A stretch of DNA of 63,828 nucleotides, counting the filler, from Thraustochytrium aureum (lineage: Eukaryota): assembly GCA_012862495.1 (NCBI GenBank). It is 8 parts of 6 records of this genome, joined end to end, with 100 filler letters (N's around TTAATTAATTAA, not from the genome) between each part and the next. Parts side by side here need not be neighbours in the genome. Positions count along the whole stretch, not along the records: positions 20,911 to 27,501 come from BLSG01000422.1; positions 27,602 to 37,890 come from BLSG01000423.1; 6 more parts are not named here. One strand, 5' to 3'. Shown in pieces: positions 23,503 through 34,854 of this stretch. Under the pieces are notes generated by a model. That model was not told the DNA's origin. It saw nothing but the letters and a program-made list of their open reading frames with translations, and did not search any database. Numbering within the stretch: the first letter of the stretch is position 1; every line of letters begins with the position of its first letter. The position numbers and the translations under genes are program-made.

Positions 23503-26500
23503 ATGGAGCAGCAGTCGGCGAGCAAGCTGATGGCAGCCCTGGTTGGGTTCCAAAACACGTTTCGAAGGTACGAAGCAACGAAGAACAAGGCACAGAGGGA
23601 GCATGCCGCCGTGCAGATCCAGAGCCAGCTGCGGCGCAAGATGGCGCAGCGCGACATGCCGAGTAGGTGCCTGAGCTTCAAGCGAGCACGTGTCAAACAG
23701 GCTCGCAACGCGCTGCGCGGCTTCACGTTCAGCGAGACAAAGTATAGATGCGACGGATACAGACTGCTGATCGACATGATCGGAGAGGACTTGACCTTCC
23801 AAGACATCCTCTGCGAGGTCTTGACACCCGATGTTCTCGAGAGCATGCAAGACGACCTCTTTGCTCGATCAAGCCGCCTGCGGAACCTCTCAACCAATTT
23901 TTTCCTCGAACTCGGGCACAACCACCGCGGGAACCAACGAATGCTGTGCAACCTCAACGGGATCACGGTCGGCCACGTGCGGCTCCTCGCAGTCTCGGCG
24001 CGATTCGAAGAAGAGTACCAGGATTGGTGCGCCAAGAACGGCATGCAGGTCAGCTACGAAGGGACGGTGGCTTTCATCGAAGGTATTGTGCGCACCTCGC
24101 ACATGCTGGTGCACAACAGCCAGCCAGCCGACAAGCGCCGACGTTACTTGCGCTCGTCGGTCTTCGCCTACCCGAGCGCGCTTTCGTACGCCGAGCTCGA
24201 CCCGCACGAGCACCTCATTGGGGTCCTGCTGCAGCCATCGGTGCCCAGGACGCTTCCAGCGAGGCAAGAGGCTGTGATTGATGAACTCCGCGTCCTTTTC
24301 GAGGATGCTTCGCGTGCGCATGGCGACCCTGCGGATCTCTTCGATAGCCTGGTTCCCTCTGCTCCCCTGTACGCGCTTATGCTATTGGTTCGGGAGCGCA
24401 GGGCCGCCGGCGCACTGTCGGCCGAACTTGACCTCTTCTTGGGTCCTGAACCAACGCTGTGGAGACTCGCCGCTCTCGGCAAGCTGGATGCCGACGGGGA
24501 CGCCGTGAGCGCACTCTGTGAGGCTCCATTGACTGAACCTGACGCGGACCAGGCTCTGCGTCGCGCGGCGCGAACTGCGATTAGTGTGTTGTGGCCTCCT
24601 ACTGCCTGCGCGCTTGCCCGCTTCTGCCTCGAAAGGGACTTTGCTGCAGCCCATGGGCGCGATGCGCTGGAGGCGTCCCGCGAGCTCTTCTCGAGCCCCA
24701 AGCTCGAGCGTTTTGCCGGCACTGACTCTCGCCAGGAGGTTACGGGAGAAATGCGCCGCTCCCTGTACGTTCGGCGCATCGACCTGGTCGCGGCCCTGCG
24801 CGGCCCTGCAGAAAACCAGGCGGCTGGACTTGGCGGCAGCAGTGGCAACCAACCGAACCTGTCGAGTCCTGAGCTATTGTGGGCTCTTCTCGGCAACCTG
24901 ACCTTGGAGGACGAGTCGGAGGCACGCAAGCTTGCAGGTGCAGCTCCTGGCGAGCTACCAAGGCCAAACGTAGGCGTGCGGCAACAGATCAGAGACATGA
25001 ATACCGAGGAGGGCGGCACCAGTAAGGTGGCTGCCCGACTCGGCGCTGGGCAGTGCAACTGGGATTGGATTGCTTGGGACGAGTTTCTGACTGCAGTGCT
25101 CTGTGCCAGCGGTGACATGACGTGCGCAAGGCGCTGGTCTCCGCGCATGCGTCCAACGCGCGAGAAGCGCTCGCAGGAGTGGTCTCCGACAAAGGTCGGC
25201 AACACGGCGCGCCGGGCCAAGCTGCTGCAGCGACAGTTGAGGCAGACGAGCGACTCCCTGACGCCGGTTCGGGCGAGCTTGAAGTCGTGCATGGAGCGAG
25301 AACTCCTCCTTTTGAGCCAGGCGCTCGGGAAGGTCGACCCAATACTGAGCCCGGCATACATGGGCATGGACGCTGGCGCGAGTGTATTGCAAGCCCGCAC
25401 TCCGGCAAAGTGCCCGGCTGCCAAACCGAAATTGGTATCGGAGGGGTCGACAAACCCGGAGCAAGCTCTCGACGATTCCATCAGGCCCAGCGATTCCTCC
25501 TCGGTAGTCTCGTGCAGCACTGCCGACGAGTCCGAAACCAACTCGCACAGAGGGTTTACGCCGCGCCCCCTCAAGTCATCTCTGCGAGGAAACCTGGAAG
25601 AGCGCTTGGAGCGCGCTCGCACGGAGCGCGAACTCAACCGGGAGCAGCAGATGGCCTCCACAGTTGCCAAGGCGCGGGCCCACGCCAAACGCTGCGAAGC
25701 CGTCCTTGCCGCAAAGCAAGACAGCGAAAAGCAGGCAACAGAGCTCTGCGTAAAGATGCACCTTGCCTGGGCGCGAGAGCGCGCCGAGCGCGAAGGCGCG
25801 CTTCGCCGTGCGTCCCAGGAGCGTTCTCGTCATGTTCGTAAGGAGCTGCTCGAGCGAGTCGAGCTTCGAAGGCACCGCGAATCGGAGGTTCGGCGCATGG
25901 ACATGGTCGACACAGCCGCGGAAATTGCGGCGCGGGAGTCGGCGCTTGGGGGCTCGGAGAACCAGATCCAGAGTAGGGATAGAGCTGGGGAGGAGGCCCG
26001 CCGCCGTGCAGCCGGTCAAAAGTTTCGCGATCGCTCCACGCAGTTTGACTCTCTCTTACGTGTCCGCAACCAGCTCATATTCAAGCCCTTGGCGGCAGCG
26101 CATGCCACAGGCTGGCGAGATTTGCTTGGAAAGTCAATGCCACTTTCCGAGGTGGCTCAGGCAGCAGCGCCGATGTGGGCGCTGTGCAAAGACAAACGTC
26201 GGTATCCGCAAAAGCGAGCCAGCGCAAGCGGCTCCTCCCAGGCGCACGGAGCCAACTCATTGTTGGTCCAGCTCGAGAAGGCGAAGGCAAGAGAGGTGCA
26301 GCACACATCCGTGGGTGGGTATTTGGTAAAAACGAAGGACGTCGAAGAGATCACTGGGAAGCAGTTCACCCTCGAGGAGATCAAGGAGTACTGCAGGCAG
26401 TTTGGCAACCCCAACCTACCCGCTCGGACCGCCTTTCTCGTCGCGCAGCATCAGCACGCCAAAGACCTGGTCGAGCGCAGCCTAGGCGTGGACCTGGAGC

Positions 26501-26844
26501 ACCTCCAGGGCGGATTTATCGATGTGCTCGCTGACCTGCAGGTAGACGACGTGCAGCGTCCTCTCTCCCACGCCGCTGCGCTAGCCAAGCAGACGGAGCT
26601 GGAGCGGAACAGCGAGAATGCGGAGCTCATGAAGAGCTTTAGCAGGCTGACCTCGCCCAAGCACCAAAGCCGGCTGGAGAGAATGAGGGCAAAAACCGGG
26701 ATTCCCTTGCGACGCCGCCAGCCAGACGCCGCCACAATGCGCGCTGCCCATGGTACAGGCAATCATCGCCCACACCCTCCGGTGTCGCGGCGACCAACGA
26801 CTGGGCGAACTGCGGGGCAGAAGAGGCCCTTGAGCGCGCATTAG
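23503..26844 (+). CDS. Large hypothetical protein with an N-terminal IQ motif and coiled coils; probably extends upstream to about 22817 via frameshifts or an intron
   Basis: 1113-aa ORF containing AAVQIQSQLRRKMAQR (IQ-like) and an E/R-rich coiled-coil region. Confidence 0.75.
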   Translation: MEQQSASKLMAALVGFQNTFRRYEATKNKAQREHAAVQIQSQLRRKMAQRDMPSRCLSFKRARVKQARNALRGFTFSETKYRCDGYRLLIDMIGEDLTFQDILCEVLTPDVLESMQDDLFARSSRLRNLSTNFFLELGHNHRGNQRMLCNLNGITVGHVRLLAVSARFEEEYQDWCAKNGMQVSYEGTVAFIEGIVRTSHMLVHNSQPADKRRRYLRSSVFAYPSALSYAELDPHEHLIGVLLQPSVPRTLPARQEAVIDELRVLFEDASRAHGDPADLFDSLVPSAPLYALMLLVRERRAAGALSAELDLFLGPEPTLWRLAALGKLDADGDAVSALCEAPLTEPDADQALRRAARTAISVLWPPTACALARFCLERDFAAAHGRDALEASRELFSSPKLERFAGTDSRQEVTGEMRRSLYVRRIDLVAALRGPAENQAAGLGGSSGNQPNLSSPELLWALLGNLTLEDESEARKLAGAAPGELPRPNVGVRQQIRDMNTEEGGTSKVAARLGAGQCNWDWIAWDEFLTAVLCASGDMTCARRWSPRMRPTREKRSQEWSPTKVGNTARRAKLLQRQLRQTSDSLTPVRASLKSCMERELLLLSQALGKVDPILSPAYMGMDAGASVLQARTPAKCPAAKPKLVSEGSTNPEQALDDSIRPSDSSSVVSCSTADESETNSHRGFTPRPLKSSLRGNLEERLERARTERELNREQQMASTVAKARAHAKRCEAVLAAKQDSEKQATELCVKMHLAWARERAEREGALRRASQERSRHVRKELLERVELRRHRESEVRRMDMVDTAAEIAARESALGGSENQIQSRDRAGEEARRRAAGQKFRDRSTQFDSLLRVRNQLIFKPLAAAHATGWRDLLGKSMPLSEVAQAAAPMWALCKDKRRYPQKRASASGSSQAHGANSLLVQLEKAKAREVQHTSVGGYLVKTKDVEEITGKQFTLEEIKEYCRQFGNPNLPARTAFLVAQHQHAKDLVERSLGVDLEHLQGGFIDVLADLQVDDVQRPLSHAAALAKQTELERNSENAELMKSFSRLTSPKHQSRLERMRAKTGIPLRRRQPDAATMRAAHGTGNHRPHPPVSRRPTTGRTAGQKRPLSAH

Positions 26845-27694
26845 GCTGAAGCTGGAGCGAAAACGAGACCGGGGCTAAACAGCGGAGAAAGCGCAAGCGT
26901 GAGGTTGTGCGCCTGATGGTCCAGTACCCTGCGACTGCAACCACGGCTGCGACAGCGGGCCCATGCGCTTTCGAAAAAGTCGAATCTTGCAAGAAGCCGT
27001 GCAAGCACAAGTTGCATGACATGACGGTACTTAACCATCGATGTTCGGCAAATGTAGCCTGAAGATATAAAGCAATCGTGCTCTACAGCTCGATTTCGCT
27101 TGCTCTGCCGACCCCAGCTTGCCGCGGGGATTTGCGTGGCAAACGAACATGACACGCGCATCCTGCGTCGTTTTCATCGAGGCCACTGGCGGTTGGAGCG
27201 TGCAAGTGATCTCGAGGGTTCTCCGTTCTTGATTAAGTGGCCGCGTCGGTGACCACGCCGGGAGCTCGTGAGGGGTCGTGGAAGCTACGCTCTTGCCCGG
27301 CTTCGCCTACTACCTCCTCGCATACGAGGTCGCGCCGGAGGGCGCCGCTGAGAATTCTCCGCCCTCGCTCGACCTCGAGCCCCGCCTGCTGCTCGACCCC
27401 GCAGTGGCTGGAGACGTATTGGGATCGCGGAAGCCAGTACTCGAAGTGGCTCTCTCTCGAGCGAGAGAGAGTACTACGCTCGTGCCCGCGTCGCGTACAA
27501 TNNNNNNNNNNNNNNNNNNNNNNNNNNNNNNNNNNNNNNNNNNNNTTAATTAATTAANNNNNNNNNNNNNNNNNNNNNNNNNNNNNNNNNNNNNNNNNNN
27601 NGCTGGCTGGCTTGCTGGCTTGCTGGCTGGTTTGCTGGCTTGCTTGGTGGCTTGGCGGCTGCCTGGCTGGCTCGCGCGAACGACGCGGAGCGGC

Positions 27695-27814
27695 GCGTGT
27701 GGCGCTGCCTCTGCGAAGGTGCAACTGTGCCCGGCCCAACCTGCCTTGCAGGGCGTGTGGCGCTGCCTCTGCGAAGGTGCAACTGTGCCCGGCCCAACCT
27801 GCCTTGCAGGGCGT
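27695..27814. repeat. 58-bp direct tandem duplication, next to a GCTG/GCTT microsatellite at 27602-27671
   Basis: GCGTGTGGCGCTGCCTCTGCGAAGGTGCAACTGTGCCCGGCCCAACCTGCCTTGCAGG starts at both 27695 and 27753. Confidence 0.9.
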
Positions 27815-28098
27815 TTGGGCGCCGCGTTTGGGTGCGGCATTTGGGCACCGCGTTTGGGAGAAAGCCCGGCCCAACCTCGCTCTTCGACCCGTTTCGACCG
27901 GCTTGCTTGCTTGAGGCAAGCGGCCTGCTGCGCGGCCGAGTCGCGCGAGCCGAGTCTAGTTCCGACTCCTCCGGCCGCCAGCATCAGGCTGGAGCGGTAA
28001 TGAGCCACGCAAGCGTCCCGAAGTCGAACAATTGAAATACGGCAAGCCGAATCTTGCGACACAAGCAAAACGAGAGGCGGAGGGAGGACGCCAAGCGG

Positions 28099-31000
28099 AT
28101 GAGGATGCCGATGTGGACTCGGCTATGGTGTGCAGCAACCGTTCTCGCGTTAAGGGCAAGCGCAGCGGGTATTCGCCTTGCCCCGGGGCTCGTACCCTCA
28201 AGAATTCTCGTGAACGACGCGATCGGGGTCTACTTGGAGCTGAACGAGAACGAGACGCGCGCGATGGACCAAGGCGAGCCTGTCATGGTTGACTTTGACG
28301 ACGGGACCGACCCGGTGGACTTTTCAAATGCAACACGCGGCGTCCAACACGTGTTCGCCCGTCCGGGCCGGTACAATGTGACAGCTCAAGTCGGGCCAAT
28401 GTACTCCAGCTCCCAGCCTGTTCTTGTTGAAGCAGATGATCTATTTGGTTTCATGTACGAGATCATGGACGGACCCACGGTGATTGCGCCCAACGAAACT
28501 GCCGAGCTGACCATCCGCGTTGTAAGCTTGTCAGCTAAGAGCGACTTTGCCGGGTCCAACGTGAACAACCAAGTCACAGCAGAGCTCGTCCAAGTCGGCG
28601 AGCGGCCCAAGGTTAGGATAAGCGGCGATTTAGATTTAAGCGCCGCCGCCATCGTCGGCCAAGACAGGCCGGCGAACTGGACCGGCACGGACGCCCTGGG
28701 GAACTGGACGCTCGCGACACCACGACGAGACAATCTCGGGTGGACCATCACTGTACGCGCCAACTCGTGGTTTGGCACTGCGTGGCTCGTGGTGGAGTCA
28801 CTCATGCGAACGCCCGTCAGCGGGCGTTATCGGGTTCGGGACAACCAACTTCCGATCGTCGTGTCGCCGCTCTCGGGGCTGCCCGACAAGCTCTCGAGCA
28901 ACGCGACCAGGCACTCCGTCAGAGCGCGAGCTGTGGTTCCGTGGCAAGACGCGGCGTCCACAACTGGAGGGAGAGTCGTCGCAGTCGAGAGCTTGCCGTG
29001 CGTGCCCAGCACCGCAATCGCCCTTCTAGCCGCGACAAAAAGTTGGCCCGCTCATTGAAGCCAGATCTGCAAAGCTCCTGGTCACGTCGGATAGCTTTGT
29101 CTCGTACTCGCAGATTTTGCTAGAGAGCGACCTTACGTGGGGGCCCAGGTCCAGCACGCCTGGCGTGACGCTGTGCGCTTCCAACGTGGTGGACTGCTCC
29201 ACACTAGGCCTTCGCGGAGCCGCGATGCTTTCACCCACATTTGTACTGCTTTTCACCTCGCAGGGCATTTTGCTCGTCGACCTCCCGGGCGTCACTGTGG
29301 ACGTGCTCGATGATGGAGTTTCGAAATCGGCGACCGCAGGCGGGGCCCCGGAGACGTGGACGCTGAGCAGGAGCACGCACTGCGTGGGGGAGCCCGGCCC
29401 AGAAGCAAACCTGGCGCTGGAGGAAAGGAGCTACAAGGGCGGCGTCTTCCTTGTGAGCAATCCCAACGTTGCTGATGGCGACGCTACCGTGGTACACATT
29501 AAAGAGCACGAGGCGGCACGAAGCGGAGTCGCTGCAAGAGATGCGGTTATGGTTCGGGACGTCACCGTGTTCGTCAACTATTTTGCTTCGTCGCAGAGGA
29601 CCGTTCACGGCCTGACCTCCATCCCGGGATCGAACGCCTTTGCGATGCTCTTCGCAGCCGCGGACGGCACCCAAGCATTCGTCGGCTCTGTCTGCGACGA
29701 CTACATGAGCGCGGGCATGGCGCAAGCCGAGTCATGCTGGACAACGTCTGATGGCGTCTCGCACCGGGTTCCGCGCCTCGGGCACGTTTTCCAGGAGCAC
29801 CGCTCAGTCACGGGGATTTGTGCGCACAGCACAGGCCTCGCAGTTTTCGCCTACGGCGACGCTCTGTGGACAAGTTTTGACTCGGCCCTCAACTTTGACA
29901 TCATGCTAGAGCTCAACGCGGGCGAGCGCATCACGAGCTGCCCGCTCTCCAGCGCGACGCACCCAGCCTTTGTTGTGTCGACCTCGCACAACCGCCTCCT
30001 CTTTGGCAAACTCAACGTCAAGGGCATCGCGGTGATGTCGCGCGACTTGAGCTCAGGCGACTTGCCAGTGCTCTCCAGCGGTAACGAGCTCGGGCTCATC
30101 GCCTGGGACCCCGTTGGAGACCTCCTAGAGCGCGAGCTGGTCCCCGTGGAGTACCTCGTCCGCGTACTTGAAGTGCAAGTTGCCCGCCCGCTCGCCTTTT
30201 GGGGCGAGCCCGGCGCTAGAGTCGCGCTTGCCTGCTCGCCCGAGCTGGCCTCAGCTGAGTCGTGCTTCGCGCCGCAGCACGAGGGGATGGTCTTGCACCC
30301 GCTTGGCGCTTTGCTGAGCAGTGTTGATGCAACGTCCGGCGTGGCCTACGCGACAACATCTACAGAAGGTCTTCGCGTCGTCGGATTTGAGGCTCGACTG
30401 TCAGAGCAGTCTCGCGAGGATGCAAGCCTGCTCTGCGAGCTCGACCTTGTTTTCGCTTCGAAAAACAACCAAGGCTCTGGTGGCCTGCTCGAGTGTAGCC
30501 CCGCCGACCCGGTGGAGCTCAACGTGACCGTGCGTTGCCCGGACGGTGTCAGCGTCGCGCCCTTGCCGGGGGGTCAAGCATCCGCCTCGCCTCGTCGCTT
30601 GGGGGAGCCGCTCTCGTGACCGCGCTGGACGGCGGGGGCCGCGCATGGTGCATGTTTGGGGCGTTAAGGTGGGCGCAAACTGGAGCTTTGCACGAGTTTG
30701 CGGCTCCGGCTGGCGCGTGGGCCGCCTTCGAAGTGGCAAGCCATTGGTCGCTTCGCTTTCCCGATTGCAGCTTGGGCAACTTTCATATTGAGCCGCAAGT
30801 CTCGAGTCCCGTGGTTCGCCTTTTTGGACAAATTTGACGTCTTCCGAACGCGCGCGGTGGCGAGCGTCCGGGACGCGGCGCGCAACCGCGTCGTTGAAGC
30901 AGCCCTCAACCTCACTTGGAGTAGCGAGCTTGCAGCTCACGACCTCTTGCAAGTCGTGCGGAGCAACCCGGGGCTGTGCCACGTCAACAAGCGCGTGTTT

Positions 31001-31996
31001 AGCTCCAGAGACCTGTGGGACGCTGGCTGGTCGCTCAACGCCGCATCGACCGAGTTTTATACGTACCAGCACGTCTCGCCCGAGGGCCTGGAGGCGCTAC
31101 GCATGGACCAAGACTCGCTGGATGTGGTCAATGTCGCGCTGAGCGTGGAGCCACGAGGCAGCTCGCTCGGCCTGACCACACTGATGCTCTCCGCGGCCAA
31201 CGCGCCGCTGACTTGCGCGTATCAAGGCCCGTCGGCCATAGCAAGGCTCCTGATCGGTTGCCCGTTTTACAAAACCATAGAGTACCGGCCTCCCGCTGAC
31301 GCAGAGTTCATTGAGCTGCCAGCCAACTACCGGCCTCCCTCGACGCGCGGCAAGGGCGTGCCGCTGACCCCTAACGTGTACAACGCCGACCCGTCCGCGC
31401 CGCTCTACATGGACTGGTACGCAGCTTCGCGCAGCACGGCACGCTTCAAACAGTGCGCGAACAAGACCGTCAAGGCCGAGTGCGGCTGCTCTGAGCAATC
31501 TGGCGACGCTGGGTGGGGCACCGACGTCTCGGATTGCATCACAGTGGTGCAAACCACGCTCTACAGCAATTATTACGTCCCCAAGTTTGTCATCCACACG
31601 GGCCGGAACCAGTCGGTCGCCCCACTGCAGTCGCACTTTCGGCTCCGCGACCTGAACGGGCGCATCGACTATTGCACGAACGCGAGCGCGTTTTCCATCT
31701 CGGACTGTGGGGAGTCGGCAAGCATCCACACCTGGGGGTTCAACCCGACTGCGTTCGACGCCATCTTGTTCGTGGGGGAGGGTCTTTATCACTTTGAGGT
31801 GACGATTCAGGACCCAATCAGCTTTTGCGAACTCAAGAGCTACTTGCTGCTCTTTGTGCAAGAGCCGCCGCTCTCGACGCGCCTCGAGTCGATTACGATC
31901 TCGGTCACCGCGGTCACCGTGCTGCTTTGCGCCCTGGCCGCCTACCTAGCTTATTTCTACTCGAGTCGCCAGCAGCGGCCCGAGGATTCGCTGTAG
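28099..31996 (+). CDS. CATSPERB: CatSper-beta-like type-I membrane protein (~1300 aa) with signal peptide and N-terminal PKD domain; frameshifts near 29040, 30590 and 30822
   Basis: The C-terminal block reads LPANYRPPSTRGKGVPLTPNVYNADPSAP...FKQCANKTVKAECGC...SDC...LNGR...GEGLYHFEV...SFCEL...FVQEPPL followed by a TM helix. It is colinear with the vertebrate CatSper-beta C-terminus as I recall it (LPVNYRPPS.G.PLT.N.Y.ADPS.P...FKQCAN...ECNC...SDC...GSELFHFRV...FCNL...YVDEAPL). Confidence 0.8.
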
Positions 31997-32207
31997 GGCG
32001 GCTGGAGTAGTAGTATAAGAGAATGGTGGATGATGATCGTCATGCTGGTCCCATTCGGCGGCGCCGCCGCCCATACATTCCTACACGCCGCTGCCGCCGA
32101 TACGAAAAAGAAAGAAAAAAAAGAGGGCAGACACGAGTTGTTTTACACGGCAGAAACGTCAGGGAAGAAGCGGCCTCCTCACCGACATCGGGTCAGGGGC
32201 CAGCAGC

Positions 32208-33635
32208 TTAGTACTCCGCCGGGCAAGACGAGTGATCGATAAAGGCAAGGCACCGGATGTGGTGGCAAGCCAACGGGAACTCGAACACGTACTCGGCAAG
32301 GACCTCGATGTAGTCTGCCAAGAGCATGTCCAAAACCTCGTTGCGGATGCGCGAGGTGTGGCGCGCCGACTTGAAGGCGCTGCGCAAAAGCTCGACCGAA
32401 CGGCCGACGTCGTTGTAGAGCGCGTCCGGAACAATGGCGTCCTCGTCCGGGCAAATCCGCGACGACCAGCTGTCCTGGTCGCACTTGAGCGCCTTGGCGA
32501 CGGGCCCGTGGTACCGCTGGAAGAAGAGCGAGTACATAAAGTCGACAGCCTCTGTGGCCATGACAGCCTTGACGCGGACGATGAGCTCGATGACCAGGAG
32601 GCGGAAGGCCATCGCGCGCGTGGCCGGGTCCTTGGACTCCTGGAAGACGTCGGGGATGCGGATGTTTCGCAAGTAGTCGGCGAAGAGCGCCTCAGAGCTG
32701 AGCGTCCAGCTGTTGACCGAGATGGAGAGCTCGTCCTTGTTTTCCGTCTCGAGCGGCAGGACGCGGTGGAAAAAGTGAGGCGGAAGGTAGAGCAGGTCGC
32801 CGGGCCCCAAATCAACGACGTAGAGGCCCACCTTGGGCGAGACCTCGCCGTAGGTCTGCGCGAGGGCCTCGACCTCGTACTGCGAGTGGCGCGAGTGCGG
32901 GTGCAAGTAGGGGAAGAGGGCCATCTTGTCCCACTCCTCGGTTGGGGCCAGGAGGAAGCGCTTGCGCCCCGTGATCTGCACAAAGTAGTTGTGGAACACG
33001 TCGTAGTGGGTTCCGGAGACTGTGCCGTGCTTGCCCATCCACAGGTGAAACTTGGGCGGCGGGTGGCCGTGCACGTGGCTGTCGTTGCGCCAGAGGAGGT
33101 TCCGCGGCTCGATATCCGGGCCCAGCGACTCGAGGTACGGGGTCAGGTCGCTCGTGCCGTAGTGGAACGGAGTGGAGGGCTGCCCGTCTTGCCGGGCGAG
33201 GCCGCGGGTCAGCTGCGGGATGGTCATGTTGAGCACCTGCTTGTGATGAAGAGACTTTTCGTACTGGCGCTTCTCCGATTCCTCGTAGTCGACCTTGTTG
33301 AGCGCGCGCATGGGAGCCAGGTAGATGTTGGTCGCCGACTCGCTCACCACGGTCTTGATCTGGTCGATGTGGTTCTTCAGGTAATCGGCGTCTTTCCAGA
33401 GCTCCAGCGCGGGCCAAGCAGCCGTGGGCCCGCCGCGCACCACGCCTGGCTGCCTCTTCTCCATCCACTCGTCGAGCTCCTCGAACTTGATCGCCGAGAC
33501 GTCTCCTTGCACATAGCCCCAGCTTGGCACGCCCTCAGACGAAACGATGCCGTTCGCCTCTGCCGACTGGCTCAGTGCGCCTGCGAGCACGGCGACCCCG
33601 GCGGCCTTGGCCGCGCTCGACTGCGCTGCGCCCAT
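32208..33635 (-). CDS. JmjC-only (Cupin_8, FIH/JMJD5-like) Fe(II)/2-oxoglutarate oxygenase
   Basis: WPALELW, LWMG, SGTHYD (HxD), NYFVQITGRKRFLL and LGPGDLLYLPPHFFHRV (distal His), then SISVN. Confidence 0.9.
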   Translation of the reverse strand: MGAAQSSAAKAAGVAVLAGALSQSAEANGIVSSEGVPSWGYVQGDVSAIKFEELDEWMEKRQPGVVRGGPTAAWPALELWKDADYLKNHIDQIKTVVSESATNIYLAPMRALNKVDYEESEKRQYEKSLHHKQVLNMTIPQLTRGLARQDGQPSTPFHYGTSDLTPYLESLGPDIEPRNLLWRNDSHVHGHPPPKFHLWMGKHGTVSGTHYDVFHNYFVQITGRKRFLLAPTEEWDKMALFPYLHPHSRHSQYEVEALAQTYGEVSPKVGLYVVDLGPGDLLYLPPHFFHRVLPLETENKDELSISVNSWTLSSEALFADYLRNIRIPDVFQESKDPATRAMAFRLLVIELIVRVKAVMATEAVDFMYSLFFQRYHGPVAKALKCDQDSWSSRICPDEDAIVPDALYNDVGRSVELLRSAFKSARHTSRIRNEVLDMLLADYIEVLAEYVFEFPLACHHIRCLAFIDHSSCPAEY

Positions 33636-34854
33636 GATCCCCGGAGGTGGACTCGTGCAAAACGCGCCTCGTTCGCCGCTGCCTTTCTTTCGCTGCTACT
33701 GCTGCTGCTGCTGCTGCTGCGCTGTGTGGTGCTGCGTTTGGTGTTTGGGATGGGCTTTGCTCGCTCGCCCTGTCCATTTCGACATTTCGAGTGCGCACGA
33801 CACGGTCTCCGAGAGAGCAAATAAGATGATGTGATTTCTTGTCATTTCTTGTCGTTTCTTGTCGTTTCTTCGCGTTGTCTTGTCGTCCGTCCGTCTTCAA
33901 GTTCGTCGCGCTCGGCAGGCCAGAGCGCTGCGGCGCGCGGCCAACGCCTCCTCGCAGATTGGCCAACAGCTGATTGGCCTGCCCGCGAGCCTCGAGCAAG
34001 AAGCCTCGAGTGGCTGCTGGGAGGCGAAAACGTGGCGTGTGCCGCGGGCCCTTCCCAAGTGCGAATGCCCGCTGCCGCGGTATTGACAGAGGCATCGCGC
34101 GAGTGGCTCCACGATGCCCGAGATGGGTATCGTCGCATCGACCTGTCGCAGCGCCAGGTTTTCAAACCCCGTTTTCGCCGAGAGTGGGCGGAGACTGGCC
34201 GAGACATGCGACATGCCCTGCCGCATGGAGGCGTGCGCCGCCGAGCCTTTTCTTCTGCCTGCGTGCCTGAACTGATGATCTTAGGATGCGTGAAGGGATG
34301 CGTGCTTCCCGACTCTACGGCAAAGCGCCCACACGCCGCTCCCGACGCGGGCGCCAGGCTGGCAGCAGAGGAAACCTCTACTCGTCTGCAATTCACACGC
34401 CCGCTCGCCACTTTTTCGCTCCTCACTGCAAAGGCGCACGCCGTGATCTGACGTCTTTCCGTGGTTTGCGGGAGAAGACGCCGTTGCCGGAAACCCCGGC
34501 ACCGAAGGCGACGTGTTCGTCGCCGCAAGGTGCGCCAGCCTGAGATCCGCCAATCGCATCCTCGGCGGGTGATTGATTCAATCAAGCACTTCGAGTTGTG
34601 ATTGATTGATTGGAGCACTTGTGGTTGCTTGCACGCGCCCATTCGCCCAGCGCCCGCCGCGCCGCAACGACGAGCTCCGGTCCAGGCGGCGCACCTTGGA
34701 GTTTTCGCGTCGCGAAAACGTACCCTTGCTTCGAGAGACCCTGAGCTGCGCCGCGAGCAGCCTGCGCGAACGCATGGTGGCAACTAGCGGCTGGCAGCCT
34801 GCAGGCACCAGAATCCAAATCGTCGAGCTTGCGCAATAGTTGTAGTTTTCTGAG

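Noticed and set aside
32232..33824. 530-aa antisense ORF, and many similar shadow ORFs elsewhere
   Set aside because: It mirrors the high-GC3 JmjC gene and has no motifs. Long antisense frames are expected at this GC content.
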